Shown piece after piece: positions 10,840 to 18,736 of a DNA stretch of 64,000 nucleotides (position 1 is the stretch's first letter; every line of letters starts with the position of its first letter). Origin of the DNA: Nocardioidaceae bacterium (GTDB taxonomy: Bacteria > Actinomycetota > Actinomycetes > Propionibacteriales > Nocardioidaceae); the NCBI GenBank assembly GCA_025966335.1, contig JAICRS010000001.1, positions 5,613 through 69,612 on the forward strand. Reading direction: 5' to 3'. The translations under genes were made by a program, and so were the position numbers. The notes beneath the pieces were generated by a model that worked only from the letters and a program-made list of their open reading frames with translations, ran no database searches and was not told the DNA's origin.

Positions 10840-11085
10840 TCAGGCGTCCGTCCCGTCGGCATCGGTCGAGTCGCCGTCGGTGCTGTCGGTGGAGTCGCCG
10901 TCGGTCGCGTCCGCGTCCGTGCCGTCCGCGTCGGTCGAATCCCCGTCGGTGCTGTCGGTGGAGTCGCCGTCGGTCGCGTCCGCGTCGGTGGCGTCCGCGT
11001 CGGAACCGGGGGCCTCAATCGGGGCGCCCTCCCCGCTGGTCTGCATGTCCTCGTCGCGCAGCGGCTCGTCGGGAGTGGTCGTCAT
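10840..11085 (-). CDS. 81-aa acidic repeat peptide, candidate precursor/substrate of the adjacent JmjC enzyme
   Basis: Strong RBS GAAGGAGGAGCA before ATG 11085. Sequence MTTTPDEPLRDEDMQTSGEGAPIEAPGS followed by DADAT-DADAT-DGDST-DST-DGDST-DADGT-DADAT-DGDST-DST-DGDST-DADGT-DA. The two 69-nt repeat copies differ only at synonymous positions. Confidence 0.85.
   Translation of the reverse strand: MTTTPDEPLRDEDMQTSGEGAPIEAPGSDADATDADATDGDSTDSTDGDSTDADGTDADATDGDSTDSTDGDSTDADGTDA
10849..10986 (-). repeat. Two tandem 69-bp copies encoding DADATDGDSTDSTDGDSTDADGT
   Basis: Copies at 10849-10917 and 10918-10986 differ at 5 nucleotides, all third-codon synonymous in the peptide frame. Confidence 0.92.
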
Positions 11086-11135
11086 TGCTCCTCCTTCGGG
11101 TGGCGGCGCGGGTACGCCGGGCCTGTCCCGCAACT

Positions 11136-11160
11136 TACCCGAGCGGTCAGGGCCTCAAAC
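11136..11160 (-). promoter_or_regulatory. SigF/SigB-type general-stress promoter motif for the peptide-JmjC-ferredoxin operon
   Basis: Minus strand reads GTTT-gaggccctgaccgctc(16 nt)-GGGTA, 50 nt upstream of the peptide ATG. This matches the GTTT-N15-17-GGGTA consensus of actinobacterial SigF/SigB-like sigma factors. Confidence 0.6.
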
Positions 11161-11185
11161 AGAGGTGCCGCGTAGGCTGCCGCGC

Positions 11186-11737
11186 ATGCCGGCTCGACAT
11201 CTGCTCATCGTCTCCGCCACCCGCGCCGAAGCAGCACATGTGCCGGCCGGGTTACCGGTAGTGGTCACCGGTCTCGGCAAGACCGCGGCGGCGACCGCGA
11301 CCGCTCAGGCACTTGGGCGAATGGACCGGAACGGGCTGACGGTGGTCAACATCGGCACCGCGGGCGCGCTCCGCGAGGAGCTGGACGGGATCCACTTGCC
11401 GGGCACCGTGCTCAACCACGACATCAACGCGGCTGCGATCCGCGCGCTCGGCTACGACCCTCAGGAGCGGCTCACCGTCGACGACGGTGACGACACCGTG
11501 CTCGCCACCGGCGACGTCTTCGTGACCGACCCGGTCGTGCGTGATGCGCTCGCAGAACGTGCCGACCTGGTCGACATGGAGGGTTACGCCGTCGTCTACG
11601 CGTGCCGGCACTACGACGTCCCGGTCCGGCTGGTCAAGCACGTCTCGGACGGCGCGGACGAGACCGCGTTCGACTGGCCGTCGGTGGTGGCTGCCAGCGC
11701 GCGGGCGTTGGGGGAGTGGCTGCGGCTCAACGTGTGA
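11186..11737 (+). CDS. Nucleosidase / purine-nucleoside-phosphorylase superfamily protein (MTA/SAH nucleosidase-like)
   Basis: Motifs VVTGLGKTAAA, VNIGTAG, LATGDVFV, LVDMEGYAV, KHVSDGAD. Start ATG 11186 after TAGGCT-N7. Confidence 0.85.
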   Translation: MPARHLLIVSATRAEAAHVPAGLPVVVTGLGKTAAATATAQALGRMDRNGLTVVNIGTAGALREELDGIHLPGTVLNHDINAAAIRALGYDPQERLTVDDGDDTVLATGDVFVTDPVVRDALAERADLVDMEGYAVVYACRHYDVPVRLVKHVSDGADETAFDWPSVVAASARALGEWLRLNV

Positions 11738-11747
11738 GCCACGCGGG

Positions 11748-12443
11748 CTAACGACCCCGGCGTCGTCCGCTCGCACCGCTGCGGCCGGAGCGTGAGCCGG
11801 CTGGGCGTTCCGGCCGCCGCTGACGGACCTTGCTCCTCTGCGGCGTGGCGTCTTTCTGAGGCACGGCCGCGCCGGCGTCGCGTGAGCTGCGCTCGGTGCG
11901 GCCGCGGACGATCCCGATGAAGGTCTCGATCCGGGTGTCCGTGGCGTCGGTCGGCCAGGCGAGGCCGATCTGCGACTCCGGCGTGCTCGCGAGGGGGACC
12001 GCGACGACGTCCTTGCGGTTGTAGAGCCGGGCCACCGACTTCGGGACGATCACAATGCCGGTCCCCGCGGCGATCGTCTCGAACGCCTGCCTCATGGTGA
12101 TGGCCGGCGGTTGCAGCAGGTGCTCGTCGGCGAGGTCGTCGAAGGTGACCTCGTCGAGCACGGTGGCCGGGTGGTCGAGGGGGACGACCACGACCGGAAC
12201 CTCGCGGTAGAGGGGGATCAGGTTGAGGCCGTCCCGCTCGACCGGCAGCCGGACGAAGCTCATGTCGGCCCGTCCGTCCTGGAGCACCGCGAGCTGGTCC
12301 TCCTCCTCGACCGGCAACAGCTCCAGCGGATCGTGGGGCATTCGCTGTGTCCAGGTCCGCGACCACTTGCCCGGTGTCACGCCCGGGACGAAGGCGACTC
12401 GCAGCGGCGTACCCGTCTCGGGGAGGGCGGGACCATCGGTCAT
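11748..12443 (-). CDS. Stand-alone LysR substrate-binding-domain protein (no HTH)
   Basis: Motifs LRVAFVPGVTPGKW, ADMSFVRLP, LIPLYRE, IAAGTGIVIVPKSVARL, FIGIVRGRT, then an Arg-rich tail. Start ATG 12443. Confidence 0.8.
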   Translation of the reverse strand: MTDGPALPETGTPLRVAFVPGVTPGKWSRTWTQRMPHDPLELLPVEEEDQLAVLQDGRADMSFVRLPVERDGLNLIPLYREVPVVVVPLDHPATVLDEVTFDDLADEHLLQPPAITMRQAFETIAAGTGIVIVPKSVARLYNRKDVVAVPLASTPESQIGLAWPTDATDTRIETFIGIVRGRTERSSRDAGAAVPQKDATPQRSKVRQRRPERPAGSRSGRSGASGRRRGR

Positions 12444-12608
12444 AGGGCTCACGGTAGTGCAGCCGGTTCGACGCGATGGCGCCGAGTTGCGTCGGTTTCG
12501 AGTAGCCCATCTGTGCACCGGCCTGAACCCATCATGTCTATGGGCACGCCGTCCGGCCCTGCTTAGCGTTGATCTAGTCGTTCTTCCGGTAGCCAGAGGA
12601 GGCCTCCG

Positions 12609-14750
12609 ATGAAGACACCCACCCGCTCGCCAAGGGCCGCGATCATCGGAGTGGCTGCTCTCGCGCTCCTCGCCCCGCTGACCGGTGTCGCGTCGAGCGC
12701 ACCTCCCGCCACGGTGCAGCAGCGGCCCGGGCCCTCAGCCGGGATCGGGGATCCGTACTTCCCGCGGGACGGGAACCGCGGCTACAACGTGAGGCACTAC
12801 GGGCTGAACCTGCAGTACCGGCCGGCTTCGGACCGGCTCGCCGGCACTGCCGTGATCACCGCGCGCGCCCGGGCCCGTCTCACCCGGTTCAACCTCGACC
12901 TCGACGGGCTGCGGGTCCGTTCGGTCCGCGTGAACGGGCGGACGGCGACGTGGAGCCGCAGTCGCGGCGAGCTGCGCGTGAACCCGGCCGGGCGCGCGAT
13001 CAGGAAGGGCACGCGGTTCCGCGCGGTGGTCCGCTACGCCGGGGTCCCGCAGACGATCAGCGATCCCCAGCTCGGCGACTCCGGTTTCATCCACACCGAC
13101 GACGGTGCGCTGGTCATCGGTCAGCCGCACGTCGCTGCCACGTGGTTCCCCGTCAACGACCACCCGATCGACAAGGCCGCCTACACGTTCCGGATCACGG
13201 TCCCGAACGGTCTGGAGGCGGTTGCGAACGGCGTGCTCCAGCAACGGCGGGTGCACGACACGACGACGACCTGGGTGTGGAAGGCGCGCGCCCCAATGGC
13301 GTCGTACCTCGCCACCGCCAACGTCGGAGAGTTCCGACTGCGCTCCTACCGTGAGAACGGCATCCGGTTCTGGGACGCGATCGACCCGGACCTGTTCGCT
13401 CCGGTGGCCCGACCGCGCACGGGCCAGCGGTTCGCCATCGCGGGGCAGGGCAATTCGGCGTACAAGCGGCTCGTCCGGACCATCGCCGTCCCCGCCGAAG
13501 GCGCGCAGCTGTCCTTCTGGGTCAAGCGCGACACGGAGCGCGGCTTCGACTTCATGCTGGTGGAGGCGCGTCCGGCCGGCACGAACGACTGGACGACGCT
13601 GCGCGACCAGAACGGCCACACCACCCGCCGCACTGGCTTCGCGTGTGCGGATCTCGTGTTGCTCCACCCGTTCCTCCGGCACTACCTGACGGTCGGTGAG
13701 CGGCGCTGTGCCACCCGCGGCTCCACCGGTCGCTGGTGGGCGGCCAGCGGTCGGAGCAAGGGTTACGAGCAGTGGACGGTGGACCTCTCCCGGTACGCCG
13801 GCCGCCGGGTCGAAGTCTCGATCAGCTACCTCACCGACTTCTTCATCGAGAACTACGGCCTGTTCGTCGACGACATCGAGGTGTCGACGGGACGGGGCAG
13901 CACGTCGTTCGAGGACGACGGCACCCCGATGGATGGTTGGACCGTAGAAGATCCGCCGAAGGGCAGCCCGAACAGGCCAGCCGAGTGGGAGGTCGGAACC
14001 GTCGCGCAGGCACCACCACCGCGGGGGGAGGTCGCGACCGCGTCCTTCGCCCGGCAGGGCGAGATCCTCTCCTTCCTCGCGCGTCGGTTCGGTCCGTACC
14101 CGTTCACGGTAGCCGGAGGCATCGTGGACGACCGTCCGCTGCCCTTCGCCCTGGAGAACCAGACCCGACCCGTCTACGGATCCTTGTTCTTCGGCAACCA
14201 GCGAGATGCCGACCTAGTGGTCGTGCACGAGCTCGCGCACCAGTGGTTCGGCGACAGCCTTGCCGTGCGGCGGTGGAAGCACATCTGGCTGAACGAGGGC
14301 TTCGCGACGTACGCCGAGTGGTTGTGGCAGGAACGGGAGGGCATCATCACCGCCCAGCGGCAGTTTCGGAACCTCTCGTCCATCCCACCGCGAGACCCGT
14401 TCTGGCATCTCGAGATCGGCGATCCGGGGCCGGACGCACTCTTCGACTTCCCGATCTACATGCGCGGCGCGATGACCTTGCACCGGCTGCGGCAGCGGGT
14501 CGGTGACGACGACTTCTTCCAGATACTGCGCCGCTGGCACCGGTCCCGGGCGGGCGGCAACGTCGCGACCGCCGGCTTCATCCGACTCGCCGAACGCATC
14601 TCGGGCCGGAACCTGGACCCGCTTTTCGACGCCTGGTTGTTCACGGCGAGCAAGCCGCGATCTGCTCGGCCGGGCGCGGTCGCGCGCCTCGGGGAGCGGT
14701 CGTCGCCGCTGCCTGGACTCGTCGTGCGGCATCCGGCGCGAGGCAGGTGA
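12609..14750 (+). CDS. Secreted M1 family zinc aminopeptidase with an inserted beta-sandwich domain
   Basis: Signal peptide; GIGDPYFPRDGNRGY, WFPVNDHPIDKA, PMASYLAT, ALENQT, HELAHQWFG-x-IWLNEGFATY (HExxH-x18-E), YMRGAMTLH. Confidence 0.9.
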   Translation: MKTPTRSPRAAIIGVAALALLAPLTGVASSAPPATVQQRPGPSAGIGDPYFPRDGNRGYNVRHYGLNLQYRPASDRLAGTAVITARARARLTRFNLDLDGLRVRSVRVNGRTATWSRSRGELRVNPAGRAIRKGTRFRAVVRYAGVPQTISDPQLGDSGFIHTDDGALVIGQPHVAATWFPVNDHPIDKAAYTFRITVPNGLEAVANGVLQQRRVHDTTTTWVWKARAPMASYLATANVGEFRLRSYRENGIRFWDAIDPDLFAPVARPRTGQRFAIAGQGNSAYKRLVRTIAVPAEGAQLSFWVKRDTERGFDFMLVEARPAGTNDWTTLRDQNGHTTRRTGFACADLVLLHPFLRHYLTVGERRCATRGSTGRWWAASGRSKGYEQWTVDLSRYAGRRVEVSISYLTDFFIENYGLFVDDIEVSTGRGSTSFEDDGTPMDGWTVEDPPKGSPNRPAEWEVGTVAQAPPPRGEVATASFARQGEILSFLARRFGPYPFTVAGGIVDDRPLPFALENQTRPVYGSLFFGNQRDADLVVVHELAHQWFGDSLAVRRWKHIWLNEGFATYAEWLWQEREGIITAQRQFRNLSSIPPRDPFWHLEIGDPGPDALFDFPIYMRGAMTLHRLRQRVGDDDFFQILRRWHRSRAGGNVATAGFIRLAERISGRNLDPLFDAWLFTASKPRSARPGAVARLGERSSPLPGLVVRHPARGR

Positions 14751-14776
14751 GCCTTCCTCTGTCGACTTGGGCCACC

Positions 14777-15231
14777 ATGACTCAACCCATCTTCGAGCTC
14801 AGCTACCAGGAGTGCGTGGAGCTGCTGTACACACCGAGGTCGTCGGCCGCGTCGCGGTCCACACCCGGCTCGGCACCCGGATCATTCCGGTCAACTACTC
14901 GATCGTCGACGATGCGATCGTGTGGCGCACGGCTCCCTACAGCGAGCTGGCGATACTTGGTCCAGGCGTGGAAGGGGCCTTCGAGATCGACCGCATCGAC
15001 CATGACCTCCGCCAGGGATGGAGCGTCATCGCCCATGGGGTTCTCGAGGTCGTCGACGATCCGGAGGAGGTCGCCCGCATCCGCTGTGTGGAAGACCCGG
15101 CACCGTGGGCGGCCGGCCTGCGTCACCTGTACATGCGCCTGCGCTACAAGGACCTGACCCTCGCACTCATCCGGCGTTCAGTCGTCTGTGCGGCGTACCC
15201 GAGTCGCCGCCCGGCTGAGCATGAGCCGTGA
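14777..15231 (+). pseudogene. Frameshifted pyridoxamine-5'-phosphate-oxidase-like (FMN-binding split barrel) gene
   Basis: ATG 14777 gives MTQPIFELSYQECVELLYT. The family-like continuation EVVGRVAV...IIPVNY...IVWRTAPYS...AFEIDRID...GWSVIAHG...PAPWAAG is in another frame, implying a 1-nt loss near 14830-14835. Confidence 0.7.
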
Positions 15232-15642
15232 CTGGCTGGTCAGGAACCAGTTCGCCGTCTTCATCGTGTCAGCGGGACTCCGCAACTTCGATCGGCGGGA
15301 CACCCGTCGTCGAGTAGGCCAGCGCTGGCGTTCGGCATCACGTCTCGGCCGAGAATCTGAGGTCGCGCCACCCTGGATGAACCGAAGGGGCACCACCGGC
15401 GACGCCACCCGGCAAGCAGGAGCTTGTTCTGCCGGGCTCGCCAGTCAGTCGCAACGGCACCGAAATCTCGAGCGCAGGGTGCCGTTGCGACTGAGTCCGC
15501 TCCTGACGGGATCTAGGGCGTCGATTGTCCAGCCCGATTTATTCCCAAGAACGATCCGCAGAGTTGGTCCAGTCGATGAAGTGGCGGAAGCACCCGCCAG
15601 CCTCGCGGACCTCCGCGATCGGACCAACAGGAGAGTCGAATC

Positions 15643-17910
15643 ATGACCCACCGCTCCCACCCGCCGGGCGTACACGCACCGCAGCGGAACACGCATCGCA
15701 GGGGCCTCGCCAGCGGGCTGCTCCACTCCATGACGAAACACACGCGAGCGACCGCGGCGGTCCTCACCACGATCGGGCTTGTCGCGGCCGGGGCAACCGT
15801 CGCCACGGCGGATGTGACCACACCGAACCCGCAGACCCTGAAGGCGGTCGGGCCGGTCAGCCCCGAGCACGGGTTCCCGGTCTGGTACGAGGACAGCAAC
15901 GGGCTGCGGCTCGAGCAGTGCCTCGACACCACGAATCCCTACTGTGACCCGGCCTTCCTGATGGAAGAGATGCCGAACGGGCTGGAGCCGATCAGCTTCC
16001 CCGGCAACTGGCCGATGGAGTCCTTCTACCACCAGGTCGGCGCAGTGGTCGATGTCCCCAGTGGTGGCCTCGGCTATGTCGCGGCGCTCGAGGCGACCTT
16101 TGCCAACGAGGCCGTCCAGGAAGGCGACCAGGTGGTCTTCGGTCGCGTCCGCTTCGACCTCGATCTTCCCGGTGCCGGCACCTACAAGGTGACCCACCCC
16201 TACGGCGTGGACACCTTCAACGTCTCCGAGGCCGAAGCCGACGGTTTCCGCTACGTCGAGGACATCACCCCCGCGCCCGGCAACTTCGCGCTGGCGATGA
16301 AGTCGCGGATCAACCCGTTCCTCGTCCGTGAGGGCGGCATCATCACCGATGCCAACGGCAACAAGTACATCGGTGACCCCGCCGAGGAAACCCGGGTGAC
16401 GGGCAGCCCGCTCGGCACCAACTACTTCAAGGTGGAGCTGCTCAACGCTGACGGCACCGCTACGGTGATCGGTGAGACGGACGTCTTCGGCCTCATGGGC
16501 AAGGTCTCCACGAACTCCGGCGTCAACGCCGGCAAGGCGATCCTCAACGACTCGGCCGCGGGCAAGTTCCTCGACGTCTTCGCGGGCACCGACGCCGGTG
16601 ACGTGATCACTGTGGAAGGCACCGGGTTCGAGAAGACCACCTTGCAGAGTGAGGCGGGAAGGTACTCCGCAAGGATCCCGTTGACCGGGACGGACACCCC
16701 GACCACGGTCAAGGTCACGAACGAGAGCGACGTCCCGGCGGCCTCGAAGACCATCACGGTCACCGACGAGGTGGTCGTCTCGGGCGCGGTCTATGACACC
16801 GGAACCGACCTGCTCACCGTCACGGCCAGCTCCACCGACACGACCGAGCCGCCGGTGTTGACCCTGGATGGTCTCACCGGTACTGACGGAACCGCGGTCA
16901 CCGTGGGCGCCGGCGGAACTGCCCAGGTGAGCCTGCAGGCTGCGCCGGTGAACGTGAAGGTCACCTCAACTGGCGGTGGTGCAGACATGGCTCCCGTCAC
17001 CATGTCGGGCGGCGCCGCTGCCGCACCACTACCGACGACGGCCGTCGCGGTTGCCAGCTCGAGCCAGGTCGACATGGGGGGAGCGGTCACTCTGGACGGC
17101 AGCTCGTCGCAGAACGCCTCGACCTACGCCTGGGCCCAGACGGCGGGCGAGACGGTCGCGCTGACCGACGCCGACAAGGCTATGGCCAGCTTCACCGCAC
17201 CGAGCACGCCAGGTGAGCTTACGTTCACGCTGACCGTCACGGACGCCGCCGGCGGAACCGTTACCAGTGCGCCGCTGGCAGTCACCGTGGTGGACCCGAA
17301 CGCCGAGCCGCCGGTGACGGAGGAGCCGCCGCCGCCGTCGACCGACCCGGTCGCGGACGCCATCACGTCCCTGGAGAGCGCCATGGTGGGCGAGTCGGTG
17401 ACGATCTCCGCCGTCGACAATCCGAACAACGCCTCTCTCATGTGGAGCGAAGCATCCGGAGCCGTCACGATCGCGGACCCCGCGGCCAAGTCGTTCACGT
17501 TCAAGATGCCGGACGTGACCCAGCCGCTGGTGTTCAACCTCACGGTCACCGGCGCCAGCGCTGACGGCATCACGCCGGGGGCGACCGCGACCGACAGTGT
17601 CACCGTGACTCCGAAGGTCGATGTGCTCACTGTCGACTCGGCGCAGTACAGGGCGGACAAGCGGGAGTGGCGGATCAGCGGCACGGCCAGCATCAGCACG
17701 GTCAACCAGGTCTCCGTCTACCTGCAGAAGACAAATGGCACCAGGACGCTGCTCGGCACCTCTCCGGTGTCCGCACCCATCGCACCGGCCACGGTCGGCG
17801 ACTGGGGCATTCGGGTCCGAGGCGGCGCAACGTCGGTGGCCGGCGACACGCTGACGGTCGAGTCGTCCCGAGGCGGTGAGCTGACCGGAGTCACGATCAG
17901 CCGACGCTAG
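15643..17910 (+). CDS. Secreted Ig/PKD-like multidomain protein with a Cys-containing N-terminal domain of unknown function
   Basis: RBS AGGAGAG; hydrophobic signal AAVLTTIGLVAAGATVATA; N-terminal GPVSPEHGFPVWYEDSNGLRLEQCLD..C; PKD/K319-like repeats (VTLDGSSS..YAWAQTAG..FTLTVTD); Pro-rich linker. Confidence 0.75.
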   Translation: MTHRSHPPGVHAPQRNTHRRGLASGLLHSMTKHTRATAAVLTTIGLVAAGATVATADVTTPNPQTLKAVGPVSPEHGFPVWYEDSNGLRLEQCLDTTNPYCDPAFLMEEMPNGLEPISFPGNWPMESFYHQVGAVVDVPSGGLGYVAALEATFANEAVQEGDQVVFGRVRFDLDLPGAGTYKVTHPYGVDTFNVSEAEADGFRYVEDITPAPGNFALAMKSRINPFLVREGGIITDANGNKYIGDPAEETRVTGSPLGTNYFKVELLNADGTATVIGETDVFGLMGKVSTNSGVNAGKAILNDSAAGKFLDVFAGTDAGDVITVEGTGFEKTTLQSEAGRYSARIPLTGTDTPTTVKVTNESDVPAASKTITVTDEVVVSGAVYDTGTDLLTVTASSTDTTEPPVLTLDGLTGTDGTAVTVGAGGTAQVSLQAAPVNVKVTSTGGGADMAPVTMSGGAAAAPLPTTAVAVASSSQVDMGGAVTLDGSSSQNASTYAWAQTAGETVALTDADKAMASFTAPSTPGELTFTLTVTDAAGGTVTSAPLAVTVVDPNAEPPVTEEPPPPSTDPVADAITSLESAMVGESVTISAVDNPNNASLMWSEASGAVTIADPAAKSFTFKMPDVTQPLVFNLTVTGASADGITPGATATDSVTVTPKVDVLTVDSAQYRADKREWRISGTASISTVNQVSVYLQKTNGTRTLLGTSPVSAPIAPATVGDWGIRVRGGATSVAGDTLTVESSRGGELTGVTISRR

Positions 17911-17960
17911 GGCGCATCACCTGATCCCGGGAACGCAGATCCGGGATCACGAACCCAAGG

Positions 17961-17997
17961 ACACGACCACCCGGCCAATGCGGCCGGGTGGTCGTGT
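17961..17997. terminator. Perfect 16-bp-stem hairpin between convergent genes
   Basis: ACACGACCACCCGGCC-aatgc-GGCCGGGTGGTCGTGT. Confidence 0.8.
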
Positions 17998-18015
17998 GTT
18001 GTCTGTCGTGTCAGG

Positions 18016-18663
18016 TCAGGGGATGCTCGCGAAGGCTCGGACGGGGAACGTCGCCAGGCCGCGTACCTTCGGGGGAACCGCGGTGAAGCGCGCACCCGTG
18101 AGCGGCAGCTCCGACAGGCGCGTCAGGTGTTCGACGACGGGGATCCCGGCGGCGAGCAGGAGGCTGTGGGCCGGACGTTCACCGGTGCTGGTCCCGTCGA
18201 TGTTCACCGAGTCGATGCCCACCAGCACGGCATCCCGGTCGATCAGAGCCAGGGCGCCGTCCTCGGTGAGGTGGGGATGCGCCGGGTCCCCGTAGTGCTC
18301 GCTGCCCCAGTGCCGGTCCCACCCGGTTCGGAGGAGTACGGCGCTGCCGCCCACCACGAGCCCGGAGAAGGCGGAGGGACCGATCGGTCCAGCGGCGTCG
18401 ACGACGACGGCCGGAAGGTCCGCGCAGCTCTGCAGGGACAGGCCGGTGAGGTCGTATCCATCCCGGTACCGATGGGCGGGTGTGTCGAGGTAGGTGCCGG
18501 TGTTGGCGATCATCTCGATGCGGCCGATGGCGAATTCGGTGCCGGCGGCGTAGTGCTCGTGTGACGTATCAAAGCTCAGGTACTCGCCGATGTGGGGGCC
18601 GGGAAGGCCCGGATAGGTCACCATCTCGTGTTCGATGTAGTGGCTGAGATCGACGAGAGGCAT
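18016..18663 (-). CDS. Cyclase family protein (kynurenine formamidase/KynB-like fold)
   Basis: Motifs LVDLSH, ANTGTYLDTPAH, VLLRTGW, LVGIDSVNID, IPVVEHL, FPVRAFA. Start ATG 18663. Confidence 0.85.
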   Translation of the reverse strand: MPLVDLSHYIEHEMVTYPGLPGPHIGEYLSFDTSHEHYAAGTEFAIGRIEMIANTGTYLDTPAHRYRDGYDLTGLSLQSCADLPAVVVDAAGPIGPSAFSGLVVGGSAVLLRTGWDRHWGSEHYGDPAHPHLTEDGALALIDRDAVLVGIDSVNIDGTSTGERPAHSLLLAAGIPVVEHLTRLSELPLTGARFTAVPPKVRGLATFPVRAFASIP

Positions 18664-18736
18664 ACCCGCATCATGACAGAGGAGCAGACTGATGGCGGTA
18701 CCACGACCGCCCGCCCATACGACTGAGGGAACTGCC

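Noticed and set aside
10849-10986. Repeats as a possible CRISPR array or non-coding VNTR
   Set aside because: There are no unique spacers and no cas genes. Unit lengths are multiples of 3 and lie within an ORF.
10830-11018. Thr/Pro/Arg-repeat N-terminal extension of the JmjC ORF as given in the ORF track (start 11018)
   Set aside because: It is an off-frame reading of the Asp-rich peptide gene. The peptide frame has the RBS and only synonymous repeat differences, and JmjC-like sequence begins at about 10829.
12609-14750. M1 peptidase as leader-removing protease for the Asp-rich peptide
   Set aside because: It is on the opposite strand, separated by two unrelated genes, and secreted, whereas the peptide has no export signal. 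Nothing in the sequence links them.
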